NCBI RefSeq assembly: GCF_018350175.1
Contig: NC_058371.1
Coordinates: 112,902,001 to 112,966,000, forward strand
DNA length: 64,000 nt
DNA from: Felis catus
Lineage: Eukaryota
Direction: 5' to 3'
Program-made: the position numbers and the translations under genes
The notes under the pieces: generated by a model
The model's database searches: none
What the model was told of the DNA's origin: nothing
The model's input: only the letters and a program-made list of their open reading frames with translations
Shown here: positions 25,076-39,344 of the stretch, one piece after another
Position numbering within the stretch: position 1 is the stretch's first letter
Layout of the letters: each line of letters starts with the position of its first letter

Positions 25076-25809
25076 ATTAAAATTCCCTTATGACTTCAAG
25101 GGTCTTACATGCCCCTTAGACATGACTCTCTCCCTCACCCCAAATCCAGCGACGCCCTCCACTGCAAATCCCTATTAAACAATAGAGTTTGGGGGAGGTA
25201 TTCAGTAGCTAAGAAGTGCAGTGCATGATGACCTCTGGATAGGCATTAAGCTGTGACTCTGGCCAATGACGGCATACTTGATACTTACTCATGCATTTCT
25301 TATTGTGTCTCTGACCTTTCTGTAGCCATTTTACCCAGCTCCATGGACTATTAAGTGGGTGCTTGCACCTGAAATAACATCAGTGTTCTGGTAACTTTTC
25401 ACCAGGGCATCATATCTCCATCAGCTTCCTGGTCAATCGACTTCCTGGTCAGCCTAATGCCGTATCCACAGAGCTGTGAGAAGCAAAGAAAGCCCCAAAA
25501 TAGGATCACATAGTTGTGCTACGATTTCCTATGAGCAAAATGTCTCTGTGGCTCTAGCGTCTCCCATGCTACATCCCTCCACTCGTATACACATGAGATT
25601 TGCCAAATTTCTCGAGTCCCTGTTTCATATCAGTCTGCATTTTCTTCTTTGAATGTCCCATCATGCCTCACTCTCAACATGATCTGACAGAGTTTTATGG
25701 AAAAGTTCTTAACCAGCCCTTTAACTCAGTCATTCCGCTGCTGAGAATCTATCCCAAGGAAATAATGATGATTCAAAACAATGATTGTTTTTTAAACAAA
25801 GTTAACTCA

Positions 25810-26330
25810 CTTGTGTAATCTCCATCCAGATCAAGATAGAGAAAATTCTCAGCACCTCAGAAGCTCCTGTCTGTGCTCCTTCCCGATTTTGTCTCCTCAA
25901 AAGTAACTGCTAATCTCACTTCTATCAGATTAGTTTCAGTTATATTTGAACGTCACTTGAACAATATACAATATATACTCTTCTGTGTCTGGATTCTTCA
26001 GTTTAGCACTGTATTTGTGAGAATTACTTATGTTTTTGCATATAGCAATTTTTCCTTTGTCCTCATTACTGTACTTCATTTGTTCGTTTTATTTCACTAT
26101 TGTAGGTACACATTTGGGTTGTTTCTACTTTGGAGATATGAGTAATTCAACTGTGAACATTTTTACGCCTGTCTTTAGTGTGATCAGTCATACTGCTTAG
26201 TTTTAGTAAATTTGTACCAATATACACTTCCACCATGAGCATATGAAAATTCCAGTTCCTCCCTATCCTCACCAACACTTGGTAGTGTCAGTTTTTCTTA
26301 ATTTTAGCAATTCTAGTGGGTGGCTTCATA
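25810..26330 (-). mobile_element. Ancient L1 (L1ME-like) 3' fragment
   Basis: tatactcttctgtgtctggattcttcagtttagca, tttgggttgtttc, ttccagttcctccctatcctcaccaacacttggt. Confidence 0.7.
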
Positions 26331-27690
26331 GTTTCTTCTTTTACAATAAACCAGCTATCCGGATGAATTAAATCTCTGAAATCATCACTTTTTTCTCCTT
26401 CTGTGCATTTGTCAGCGGATCTCAGGAGCATCCACACTGTGAGGAATAATAAAAGTAGTATCCATAGCTGGAATAAATTTTTTAAATGAATAATAAACCC
26501 AGATAGAAACAATCTGATGAGATCAGTTTTATTAAAAAGTTATCTGTCTCTCTGATTTTGCTCGTTAGGCACCAGATTCTTGTCTCAGTGTTCAAGTAAA
26601 GTTTACTGGTTCAGATATTTACATGTAATAATACCTGAAGGGGTTCCTTAATTTAATATTTCTAAGGAGCTGCTAAAGAGGTTTGTGGATGACGGCCATA
26701 ATGAGCCCATTATGATTCTACAATGAACACATTTGACAGCTTATCATATATAGTTATATATAATAAATTACAGAGAATAGTTCTGATTTCATCCTTATCC
26801 TCTTATACTTCATTGCGTTTTTGTCTCAAGACACTGCCCTAATGTGTGTCTCTCATTTCTTAAGTCCTCGTCACTAATTCCTCATTTTTACTTACAAACA
26901 TTCAATGTGTACCTTCATATTCTGAGTCATTATCAGGCAATTTCTTGAGGTCTGTTTGTGCTGATATGTAGTGTGACTGCTATACGCTTGCTCAGTTTCC
27001 TAATCTGCTTATCCTGTATTACCATCTCACACAACACCACTATACCTCCAATAATTTTGATCAAGTTAGAGCTCATTCTGTCATCTCTTCACTGTTGGAA
27101 CCCAGTTTATTTCAGAAAGTGATTTTTGTGTTTTTGTCAAAGGCATATGTTGCTTCCATTTGGACTTTTTGGTTTGTCTTTGGTTCCAATATTTGAAAAG
27201 TCATTAACTGGGAAACCCACCTAATTGGTGTTGAAGTGATTGCTCAAAGTATAGGAGTCTGGACTTGGAGACATCTAAGTCCCCTTCCAGTACTCTTGAA
27301 TTAGGTAAACATGCTTCCAGAGTCATAAAAATTGGACTGGGTGAGGTTTTGGCTTGTGGTTCCATCCTAGTCCATTGGAGACAGAACTCATGAGCACAAA
27401 GCTTTGAGTAATGTATGGGTCTGTCACAGATCCAGCTCCAGGAGACAAAGGAATAGGGTACAGCTTGACATAGGGATTCAGTGGAAGGCTAAGGTCAACA
27501 TCATGGGGTGGAGGACAACTGTGGGGTTCACTCCATTACTTCCTTCAGCTCTTTGTTTAGATGTAACCATATTACTGAGGCGTCCATCTGTATATATGGA
27601 AATAATATGGAATATATAGAAATAATAAAACATCAAGCCCAATTCACAGCCAGCCATCCTAATCTTTCTTACCATCACCTGGCATATTAT

Positions 27691-27896
27691 TTTTTTTTAA
27701 GTCTGTTTATCTATTTTGAGAGAGATAGAGGAAAAAAAACATGAGTGGAGGAGACGGAGAGAAAGAGAATCTCAAGCAGGCTCTGCTCTGTTAGCACAGA
27801 GCCCCACGCTGGGCTCAAACTCATGAGCTATGAGAGCATGACCTGAGCTGAGATCAAGAGTCAGATGCTTAATCAACTGAGCCACCCAGGTGCCCC
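27691..27896 (-). mobile_element. Can-SINE
   Basis: TSD ccatcacctggcatattat / ccatcacccggcatattat. Confidence 0.94.
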
Positions 27897-27929
27897 CATC
27901 ACCCGGCATATTATATGTTTTCCTGATGT

Positions 27930-28158
27930 ACTATATCTGTCCCTGCTTTAAAATGTAAGCACTAAGAAATGCAAGACCTATCTGTTGAGTTTACTCTTGT
28001 ATTCCAGTACCTAATGACTTATCCATATTCTTTTTAAAATTATCCAGGTCCTAAAATTTTAGGCCTATCCCTCACCCAAAATAGTACCTGGCACATACAG
28101 AACACTCAAGAAAGAATTGGTTGAATGAATGAATGAATGAATGAATGAATGAATGAAT
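27930..28158 (+). mobile_element. LINE2 3' end with (TGAA)n tail
   Basis: aatgtaagc, agtacctggcacata, (TGAA)9 at 28122-28157. Confidence 0.75.
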
Positions 28159-30831
28159 AAAAATCCCTACCCCTTCCCTGTCTGGAATTCTTCAGACTGG
28201 GACTATCTGCAATTCTATCAGTTGCAATTTTCTCTAACTCCCCAGAAAGAGTAAGAGAGTTTCATTCATTCTCTCCTCCAATCACATTGTCTTCTAACAT
28301 CTAATTGAGAAAGTAGGTGAATTTCCTATAGAAAAGGAGAAGCAAAAGAACCTGTATTTTGAAACTCAAAGTTTTGAAGGGCCACAGGTTACAGGAAAGG
28401 AAAGGAGTAACAGGAAGGGAGAAGGCCAGCAGGTGAGACCAGAAATGCCAAACACAAACCACCAACCTTCCACTTGTGCTCTTGGCTATATCTTTTATTT
28501 CTCTTCTCAAATATCAGATGGAAGCGGGCTTTTCCTCCAGAAGAGAGAAAAACTCTAAAACCTCAGGGGCACCATCTTATTTGCTGGGATGGCTGGGAGG
28601 TGAAGGGACAGAAGTGGAGGGAGTTCCCCCTTGTTTCTCCACACTCACATGCAATAATGAAGTGAGAAGACCTTCTCCCTGAGAAAATTTACAGGATCTT
28701 AGGAGTTCAGGTATGCATGATAAGGCCATTTGGAAACTCCAATAGCCTGAGGATCTGTGAAGTAAAAGAAAACAAGCATAGTGTCTCAACTTTTTAAAAC
28801 CTGTGTTTGTATTACCCAATCATGATAATCATAAATGTCATAGCACAGAAACATCCATTGAGTTCCTATTATTTATAGGTGCCTGAGGGCCATTTGGTAA
28901 TTCACAGATACTACTATCTAATATACCAAAGACCTTTAAGGTAATTTGTGAAAACATACTTAATGCCATTTTAAGCTTTTTCTGCCTTGAGGGTTAAAAA
29001 ATGAAATTCCTCTGTGGAAAGAAAGGAAATACTCCTAGGATAGGAGTGATTGAATGTCAAGTCAATCCAGGTGCAAAATGTACCAACTGTCAGCTTCTAT
29101 GAGGTCAGTGGCACATGTGTTATAGAAACATAAGAGATGAAAATATTTCCATAAACCTGTGGTCCCAACCAAGAAGCTGAATGGGCTTGAAAGTTTTTCC
29201 AGTATTAAAACAAGGGATCTGAGCTTTAATGCTCTCCGTATTGATTTTGGTAGCATTGTTGTTTTCAACTGTTAATCTGTTAGTAGTCAGATACGATTTC
29301 TTACTAAGAGACAAATGTGTACATAGATGTCTTTTCTTGAATGTTACCAAAATATTGTCATGAAAATCTAACAGATTGACCTTAAAAGATGTTTTTGTGT
29401 GTGAGGAAGAAAGAAAAGCACAAAATAAACAGATTAGGTAAGGGCAATTTAAGCCTGTTCCTAGCCCTTAAAAGTTCACAGAACCCAGTTACTGCAAGTG
29501 TATGTGCTGAGATTATAAATGAGAATGATGTAGTCAGGAAAAGACTCATTGATGATAGTAGTGGTATCAATAGGAATGTTTTACTGTCAACTCAGTGATT
29601 TTTAACATCCATCAGCAGATGTGATCCTTGCGACAACTTGTGATATAGGCAGAATATTAGAGAGTGTCACCTCCATTTTATAAGCGAAGGGAGAAGATTT
29701 ATGACACATCCTCTAAAGCACTCAATAGGTGAAGAAGACAAGATTAAGAATCTGGTCTCAGATTTTCTTTGCCCTAATGCCAGGCTGCCTTTCTGACAAT
29801 ACCTTAAACTTGTAGACGATGCCATAGTTTTTAGACATATTTTCACGTGTATTAAATTCTCAATAGCTCTTATATTTTCTTAGTGATTAACATTTTATTA
29901 AGTCCTTGCTACATAAATAGTCTTATTGAGGGATGTGCAGGTCTTATTTAATCGGATCAAGATAGGTGAAATTTTATGTATAAAACTTTTCATAGGCATG
30001 TTAAATAAAAGCAGCCAATTTGGTCATTTTCACTTTTTGCTGCTAGTAGATACAAACTTGTCCTGTTTGAATTCTCTACTGAAAAATTTGGATTAATACG
30101 AAAAATGGAAATAGGAAGCAAGCCAAGATCTGTAGAAAAATTAAGGAACAAAGTGAATTTTTCCTCTTTAATTAGACCTAGTATACACAAATGGATAAAA
30201 ATGTGCTTCTCTATACTATGATTTTTGTTTTTAAAATCATTTTGCAATTAAATTGGGCCTGTGAGATCCTGTTGCCTAGTCGTGCAGGACTGTGGAGGCT
30301 TTGGTTTGGGTGTTGAGATGCAGGAGAGGGGAAATTCTCGGGCTTCTTTGGGCAAAAGTAAGTTCGTGAGGTGGGGGTGTGAGGAGTTCAGAACAGACCA
30401 TTTGGATGTTCACAAATGTCAGGGTAGCCATTCCAGTATGTTGATCATTTTAGGATGGGAGGTTCTGAACTGACCACAATTTCAGGGACCGTTAAGTGCT
30501 GCTGAAGGTTTCTTGCTGGGGTTTCTTTCGGGGGAGCACGTGAACTCTGCAACGCAGTCACTGCCAACGTGACATATCTCAAGAGTGACCAATGTGGGCT
30601 CCAACTTTGCAGTTGAAGAGTTTAAAGTTGAGTTGCACCTGGAAGTTAAATCCCCAATGATTCCTAGGATTACCAGTACAAAGGATTTTTACAGCCACCA
30701 CTTTTTTAGCCAGCAGAGTTAACGTTCTGAGATCACTGGCCAGTTGCTAAAAATTAGGCACTCTAGCAAGTCAGTAGTTATCATTGAAGAGCTTCAGTCC
30801 ATATCTGTCTATCTGTCCAACCCCTCTAATT

Positions 30832-31050
30832 TCTTTTTTTTTTTTTTAATGTTTATTTATTTTTGATAGAGAGGGAGACAGAGCATGAGTTGGGGAGGGG
30901 CAGAGAGAGAGACACACACAGAATCCAAAGCAGGCTCCAGGCTCTGAACCATCAGCACAGAGCCCGATGCAGAGCTTGAACTCTCGAACCTTGAGACGTG
31001 TGACCCAAGCCGAAGTCAGACACTTAACCGACTGAGCCACCCACGTGCCC
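30832..31050 (-). mobile_element. Can-SINE (SINEC_Fc)
   Basis: TSD caacccctctaatt on both sides. Confidence 0.95.
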
Positions 31051-31268
31051 CAACCCCTCTAATTCTTGATGCTGGTGGTTAATTGCTCTCATTTGAGAAC
31101 TACCATATTTCTGATGCAAAAAAGACTGGGGTGATGGGGAGGCTCTGACTCTCAGAGCCCTTATCACATAAAGTTCACCTGACAAAGAGCTCACCAGATG
31201 TTTCAGGCCCTGTAATTCTCTGGAAAATTCCTCAGAAATTTCCCTTGAGGTCTGTATAACCCTATCTT

Positions 31269-31271
<3 letters not shown>

Positions 31272-31316
<45 letters not shown>
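31272..31316. repeat. (AT)n microsatellite
   Basis: About 22 AT units. Confidence 0.98.
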
Positions 31317-31319
<3 letters not shown>

Positions 31320-31381
31320 AAAAGCAGATTTAGAAAGGAATATCTTTTCTCTCCTACCATCTCTTTCCAGTGGTGGTATTT

Positions 31382-31607
31382 TTTTTCAACGTTTTTTATT
31401 TATTTTTGGGACAGAGAGAGACAGAGAGAGACAGAGCATGAACGGGGGAGGGGCAGAGAGAGAGGGAGACACAGAATCGGAAACAGGCTCCAGGCTCCAG
31501 GCTCCGAGCCATCAGCTCCGAGCCTGACGCGGGGCTCGAACTCACGGCCCGCGAGATCGTGACCTGGCTGAAGTCAGGCTTAACCGACTGCGCCACCCAG
31601 GCGCCCC
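31382..31607 (-). mobile_element. Young SINEC_Fc1-type Can-SINE
   Basis: Perfect 16-bp TSD tccagtggtggtattt (31366-31381 / 31608-31623); CpGs intact; one extra CAGGCTC unit. Confidence 0.97.
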
Positions 31608-32108
31608 TCCAGTGGTGGTATTTGAGTGATCTCTTTAAAAACTAAACTCTTTTTGATAAGAGTGAGACTTGGCTCAGGGCCTATCACCTAGTAGGTATTT
31701 GTACTTAATAAATATTTGTGAAATGAATATTATTTAAATTTACTTTCTTTGGTATTGTGATTAGGATTCTTCAATCACTGTGAACAACTATGAAAATTCT
31801 AGAAAAAAACCAGTGTGCTGCTTAAAAAGGTTATAAAAATTCATCTGATGGGTTTTAGAGCCATAAGCCCAAAGGAATAAATGGGGCCTATAAAGAGCCA
31901 CAACTTCTCATATAGGTTTCCTCTCTTTTTGAACTCCCACAAGTTTCGGGCTGGAATCCTGAAGGACATTCCCAGTCCCTAAATTTAAGGATGTGGAAAA
32001 CAGAGTCATAATAACTTTCTCTCTCTCTTCGTTTCTTTTCTCCCTCCCTTCCTTTTATTTTGTTTTAGTCTGGGGGTTGGGTGGGAGTGGGGGAGACTGT
32101 TTTTACAA

Positions 32109-32485
32109 CGTTGACCTCACATAAAAGAGCCGGCTATTTTACCAGCAAAATGAGTTTATTTAGGAATAGCAGAGACTTGCAGCTCAGGACAGGCCAACTC
32201 TGGCAAGTCCAGAGAGCAGAGGGGAGGGGCTTACTCTTAAAGGGGAAAGGAGAAAGCTGGGAGGGGCTGTTATGGCTTCTCATTGACTGAGTGTGGTGGT
32301 TTCTCACTGCTGGGCTGTTGCTAGACCAGAAAATTTCTTCCTCACTCCTGCTGGAGTATGTAAATTAAGCTTCTTCCTGTTGGGGATTTCAAGGAATGCT
32401 TCTTCCCATAGGGTGTCGGGTATGAGAGCTCTCCCTTCAGGGCTTCTGGACTCTTGTTTTTAAAAAGATTTCCATTATTTTCACA
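32109..32485 (-). mobile_element. Solo ERV1-type LTR (MER34/CarLTR-like)
   Basis: Minus strand starts TGTGAAAATAA and ends ...GAGGTCAACG (CA to CG); minus-strand AATAAA at 32155-32160; imperfect 4-bp TSD acaa / acag. Confidence 0.7.
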
Positions 32486-33409
32486 ACAGAAAATGTTATA
32501 TATCATGATTCAAGTACTCTTCCAATGAAATTTTCATTAATCATCCCTCAGAAAAAAAGAAGTTTGGTTTCCTCATGTGGCTATGAGACCTAGTTAAGAC
32601 TGTGCAGCGGAGTGAGTGGGCCAATGCTATTAGTCTTAGCACTGAACTCATCACTGTCCTAGTAATTTGATTAAGAGTTTTCTCAAAGCAACAACATTTT
32701 TTGTAGAAACAAGATGACTAATCACTTTATGTGATCTTGGTGAGTTTTTTGGCTTCGACATTAATCTTTACTACTGCCCACCTTTATCTTTAGGTACTTT
32801 TGAGTTCATACAACTCCCCTATTTTAATTTTCTGCTGTGCTTAATTGGGGTCACTAATGGTAGCACTTTATCTCTTTGTTCCCATTGTGAAAGTCCAGAA
32901 ATCAGCACATTGTTCTTTGAAAATTGTGGGCCAGTCTCCACTTGCTCCGGAGTACCTTAGATAAGATCCCATCAGTAGCTGAATAAAGAAGATAAGGCAA
33001 AAGCAGAAAGTGTACCAATCAAAAGACATTAATTCTGTAGAATTTAGCAGAGCTCTAAGGCTTAAAATTCAGGGTCAGGTGTTCTCATCTGGCACAACAT
33101 TGATGCATAGATAGGTAACTTGCTTCATTCAAAGGTTCATGAGGTAGGAATTATGGGTAGGGGAGAGGCACAGGCAGGAAGGCATCTTGGAGGGTGAAGA
33201 CTCCAGACTCCAGACTCCAGACTGAGTCCCTAAACCAGAGTCCTTCATGCTTCCATGTTCAAGATTCTGAATCAGTTGTTAGGGGATGGGTCCTAGACAC
33301 CAGAATTGTTTTAGACCTTCTCGGTGATTGTAATGCCCAATCAGGCTAAAAACCAGTAAGCTAAGAAAGCCTGGTAGGGAGTTTGGGATCAGCACTGGGT
33401 AAAAGGGAA

Positions 33410-33640
33410 AAGCAGTGGAGATACAGTCAGAGGATTCTGGTACTTAGTAACCGGGTGACCTTGGGCCGGTCCCCTGCCCTCCCCGTGCACATGTCTTTGA
33501 ATCTATAACCAGGATAATGGTGCTTCATGAAGTTGTAAAAATAAAATTTTATAATGGAGGAGCTCAATAAAGTTCTTCAAATGCGTAATATTGTGCCAGC
33601 GTCTAGCACAATGCTTGCACAAAGTCAAGTACTTGTCAGC
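33410..33640 (+). mobile_element. MIR
   Basis: gggtgaccttgggc, atctataa..ggataat, aaagttctt, tctagcacaatgcttgcaca. Confidence 0.6.
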
Positions 33641-34751
33641 AAGAATTGAAGCTGGCACTGTGGTCTGAGAATCAGGGTGATGTTAGGCAATGACTGCCTT
33701 CCACTCGGGCCCCGATGGGGCTAAGTTGTTCTAAGGAGATGAAATAAATTCCTATATCTCAGATGACAGCATAATAACAGTAGCTCAAATAAAAGTAAAA
33801 AAAAAAAATCCTGTCTTTTATGGCACACTGTGCAATCTTGAAATTTCAAATTAAAAGTAAAATGTTATGAGTTCTGTAGCCAGGTATTGCATTTCTTTGG
33901 GGAAATCCTAATTGAGATGTATCATGGTACCAATTGCCCTTATTATTAATATTTCTTTTAATCTCCCTACCCATCCTTACGCCCACTCTGCCAGGCTATT
34001 TTAAGGTTATTTTTTTAAACTTGAGCCAGCATTTCTTTGCCTTGTCAGATACCTGGAGCCAGTGTGTTGTATTATATCCACATTGCATATTTCAGATGCA
34101 TGGACTGTGCCCCGCACTACTTTCTAAGCAATATTCAGACCTCGTAAGGCTTTTTCCTTTTTTAAGGCTTAGATTTACAAGTTAAGAGAATAAACTGATA
34201 CGTCAAGAAGTGACTTGAAGTCAACCCATCCTACCAAACACTGAATAAGAACGTGTGTTTGAGACTGAAGTTTTCTGGCTTATCAGGGGGATCTGTGGTG
34301 AGTGGAGAGAGCATCACAGAGTATATGCCCACCGTCTGTCTGTCAGGGAACCATATTACCCGCTAAGACACCTTCCCTGTACTCCAAGACTTTCTGCACC
34401 TACAGCTTCTTCCACGAAACCTTAGCTCCAGTAGATTCCATGCTGCAACATGTAACTTTAATTAGGATTCATGAATATCATTATCTGTGTTACTATTTAA
34501 CAGTTAGGTACCATTGCAAGAAATGCAGTAGAAACTATTCCATGTTCAGGGCTTAAATGATAGTTTTCCAAAGAGGCCTTATCTATCCTCCCCTTCCTAT
34601 TCTAAAGTAGGCTCTGCTTTTCTACTCGGTACTTTTCTGGCTTAACATGTACCTAAGTTTGAAATGATTTCCTTCTGGTCTTTTTCATGATGATTGTTGG
34701 CTATGTGATTCCCCTTTAGACTAAAAATTCCATCTAACGTGTCTGATCTCA

Positions 34752-34874
34752 AGGTGCCTGGGTGGTTCAGTTGATTAAGTGTCTGACTCTTGATCTCAGC
34801 TCAGGTCGTGATCTCATGGTTAATAGGTTCAAGCCCTGCATCGGGCTCCATGTTGGCAGAGTGGAGCCTGCTTG

Positions 34875-34928
<54 letters not shown>

Positions 34929-34982
34929 CTTCCCCTGCTTGCATTCTCTTTCTCTCAATAAATAAATAAAGACTTAAGAAAA
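34752..34982 (+). mobile_element. Can-SINE with long (CT)n
   Basis: Head, (CT)n, (TAAA)n; diverged TSD taacgtgtctgat / taacatatctgat. Confidence 0.94.
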
Positions 34983-37900
34983 TTAACATATCTGATATCT
35001 GAAAAGTAAAATGGTCATTATCTAAGTAACATTTAGACTTTTAATGTATCCTTTCTTATTAAGAAAAAAATCCCAAGGATTATTTAGCATCAGATTATAA
35101 ATGTTAGAAATAGACATTAAAAATCAGGTTTCTAATAACCCCTTTAAAAGAGCATTACATGGCTATTGTAAAACAATTCTAATAGGAGTCATTGCTAACA
35201 GCCGAAGGGTTTTTTCCATAAATATTTTTATAGCCATCAGTGCACGTACAGGTAACCTTACAACCTTTTTTAGATGTACACCAGTTGGATCATACCACAT
35301 GGAATGTTCTGTTCCTTATATTTTTCACTTAATCATCCTGTACATTGGAGCTTTTCCATGTCAGCACCTAAGGCAGATGTACCTGGCATACTTTATAGTT
35401 ACATTGTGTCTATTGTAATTTATTTTACCTTTCTCGCATTAGTAGACTTTTAGATTTTGCAAGTTTACCTAAATGGTAACTTCTGTTTCCAACAATGGAA
35501 GTATTACATAAGATGTATGTGTTTTCAGTTTTGACGTATATAATAGGCAATTTTAGCCTCGTGTGTCTTAGTCTACAAGTTGTTTGCAAGACTTTGTAAT
35601 GGAGATGTCTGATTAAAAATTCCAATCAAGATAAATGAGTCAAACCTAGAAATGATCACTCAGTAAAAGATAAAACTGTGTACTCTGACTTGTTAGTGGG
35701 GGAGTAGGGGAAGTAAATTATCAAAAGTTACGATGTATATTCCCATTTAACCGCTGGTTTATTGGGGAAAAAATGCACATCTTGATGCTTGATGATCTGT
35801 TATGTTAGTATTGAAAAGTGCATTTTTAACCCAGGCTAAATACTAGGATAAACTAAAATAGACATTCTCTATTTAAGGATGCCTGCCTTCTCCTTCAGAG
35901 AGGTTTTAGAAGCTGGATTGCACTTGGTCAATAGAAACATGATACTGACATTCAGATGCCATTATTCCATACCGTAAGCACCATAATCATGTATCACCTC
36001 CTGAGTCTAAAGACATTAGAGTAGATTCTTTGGTTGTTGTTAATTTACTTTAACCCATTCTGGGAATCATTGAATATTCTTCCTACTCTGAAAATTGTCA
36101 GAGTCTATGACAAATGGTAGTTCCAACTTTTGTTATCAGGAAAATCAGTGACCTCCACTATGTTTATAGAGTTACTACTGTTAGATCAGCTGTTGCCATG
36201 TTCTGACAACTGACAAAATCTCGCACCTTTTTCCCCCTTTTTCTTATTATAGGATACAAGTATACTAAAACATTTCATTGCCCAATCCTAAAAGTAATTA
36301 CCTCTTTGGTTATTGAGTTAATAGGGTGAGGGACTTGGGTGGCTGGCACTTCAGAATAAAAACCTTTCAGAAACCTTGTTCTGATTCCAAAATACCTTTC
36401 ATTTAAATCGAAGGCCAATGAGGGAACAATGTAAAAGTGAGTTTATCTACCGTTGACATTCACGGTGAAATAACTGAAAAGATGAGTGATGATTTATACC
36501 TAAGAGTCTGTCTACCAAGGGCAGAATTCTGAAATTCTGTGGTTATTGCTGAGATTATTCCACTTTGACTTCCAGATGGCAGGAAAATTGGAAAGCTGGA
36601 ATACAGAGTTATTCACCCTTTTCTCAAGGTTGACAAATGATTAGGCCTCATGGTAAGAGCCTGGGTTTGAAAGAAAATTTGCCATGTCTCTCACACTTCT
36701 TTAGAAAGGACTCTAATTCTTATGCTTGTAAAAGAAAACAACTAATACAACCTGAAAATGAGAACTTGTTTTCCAAACTTTTACTCTACATGTTTCAACA
36801 TCTGTTTACTGTAGCATATTATATATCCAAAGAATCCCGACCAAATACATATGTGTACTCTCCCAGTTTTTTCCACCAGGCTCAATGCTAGTGTGCCATC
36901 CATGGGCTGACTGATCAGGGATTAATGTTACGTCTCAACTTCACACTAAAAAGTTTATGTAAGGCCTTGCACGCCAGTACAACTGTGATTGTTTATTCAT
37001 TATAGCAATTGTAGCTAAGTGCCTATGTAAACAAATTTTTTTATTGTCAATCTAATATATGCTTGCTTTAAAATAGTCAGAAATGTATGTAGAGACGGTT
37101 CCCTCTTCTACCCCCAGAGTATCATAATTAATAGTCCAATAAGCATTCTTGGTACCTCCTCGTGCCATGGCAAATGGCTAACAATGAAGAAACAGACTTC
37201 TTCTGGACAAAGAATCTAGAACATTTGTTTGAGAAGCATCTTAAGCTAATCAGGGCTGTGGTTTCCCCCAGATCCCCGTTGTGCCTAATGTAGCGGAAAG
37301 AGAGTGGAAACATCCACCTCTCCTTTCACGAAGCTCTTTCCTAGTCCCTTCACTATGATCATCAAAATTGGACCTTGACACAAAGAATTATGTATTTCTT
37401 TTAAAAAATGCCAGTGTGACCTTACAGCTGGGAAAAAGACGTACTAGAGCACTAATCTGCCCTCATTAAACACAATGGCCCAGACTCTCAGCCGGTTTGA
37501 GGCCCTAGATTTAGAATAATCTTTTATCATTTGATTGAAAGATAAATTTTACATGAAGCAGATGCTTCTCTATACCAACAGTCTCTCCTGCAAGATGTTC
37601 TATGGAAAATGCTGATTTCACATCCTATTTTGAATTTGCTGCTTGTCGCCTGTTTTGTGAAAAGTTGGCTCATGAAACACTTAACAATAAACACCTTCTC
37701 TAAAACACTTAATAATATGAACAATCATCAGTGCAAATCAAATTCTCTGTATATGTATTTCTTGACTTTCATTCAGGGCTAATTAGCTTTAACCTCTTTT
37801 GCCTGACCCAGTGAGGTTAGACAGGTAAAAGTGCTTTTCCAAACTGAAGAACAGACCAAGTAAAGTGGCATTAACAGCAATGATAAATAGTAATAAAGTA

Positions 37901-39344
37901 GTAATAATATAACAAAAACTGTTTTCAGTTATACCAGAGGCTGTGTGCTAACTAAATACCTTACTTGTATCATCCTACAAAATTCACAGAACTAATGTGC
38001 ACGTTAGATAAGAACATTTCAGAAAACAAAAACTTAGAGACGTTAAGTCACCCAGCCATGAAACTAGCAAGTAAGAGCACTGTGCCTGGAATTTGTGGCT
38101 CTCATCTGTTGGAATGGGTTAGAGTGGTTGAGAGTGTTGATGCCATGTCCAGGCATGGCCAGAAAGAGTGTCAAGATTGATTAGGAATGTCTGCCATTGG
38201 TAGACGTGAGGACCGGGGATAGCGGAGCATGGGTGGCATATTTGTCTTTTACATCACAGTGTCTCTCGAGATGACGTAACTTAGTGAGGGGAGAATGTCT
38301 CTGGATCCAACGTATATTTTGATGTATAACAGGGCCTTATGCCCACTTGTACTAAAGAGCCACATGGTTCCAAAGTATACTGTGGCCGAGATGTGCCAGG
38401 GGCAGAGCTACTGGCTTCCCACAGATAACAATCATCCCATTGGCTAAGCGGCTCCCTGACAGCTCCCCAGCAGGAGCATTGTCACATCACAACAAAGTGC
38501 CTTTGCCCGCAGACACATGGGCCTGATGGCTGGCACTGCCGGTTTCCCTGAAAAATGCACTGTCCTCTGTTCTGAGTCAGCCTTATTGTTCAGAGCTTAG
38601 GGAGTGAGGCTTAGGCCCAGATATGGGACAATAATATGTGCGATACGCTCGTTGCCAGCAATATTGTGGCAACATCCTGATACCTAAACTTTTAATTCTG
38701 CAGTGCTCTGAGGTGACCTCCGTCTTCCCTGACCCCCAAAGCTTGAACACCTATTTATCCCCAAGTCAAATACCACCTCCTCTGAAGTCTTCCAGGACAG
38801 CCACCACCACCACCACTCACCAGAGTTACTGGTTTGTGTCACCTCGGCATCTAGGACATTGCCAATAAATATTTAGCAGTGGAAGGAACAGATTAAGCCG
38901 TGCCGATACTTAAGAAATTGGACATGAACTACCATGAGTTTTGAGACTCGAGAAGGTGAGAGGACAGTGACTTTTCCAGAAGTTTGTCCTCGGATCTGCT
39001 CTGATCACGGGTGAAGTACAGAGTCTAGCCGCACAACCTAGTAGAGGAGGGGCTCTGCTTGCTGTGTTCAGGGGGCCGGAGGTAGCAGGAGGGATGTGCT
39101 CTGGACAATATGCTGATGGTTCGGAAAAGTCCTAGACCAGGGACTAATGAGCAGAGACTGATAACGTGTTGAAAGCATGTCATTTGTGTGTTTCTCTACT
39201 TTGGGCTTGTACAACAGTCATTGATGTATCTCCACTGGTTTATAGAAAGCAGACAACTGACGTAGTAAGTTGTAGCTTGACTTAGATGTATTACATAGCC
39301 ACGGAAATGTTAACTAGTGTTCCAAGGTCTACCGAAAATCAGAT

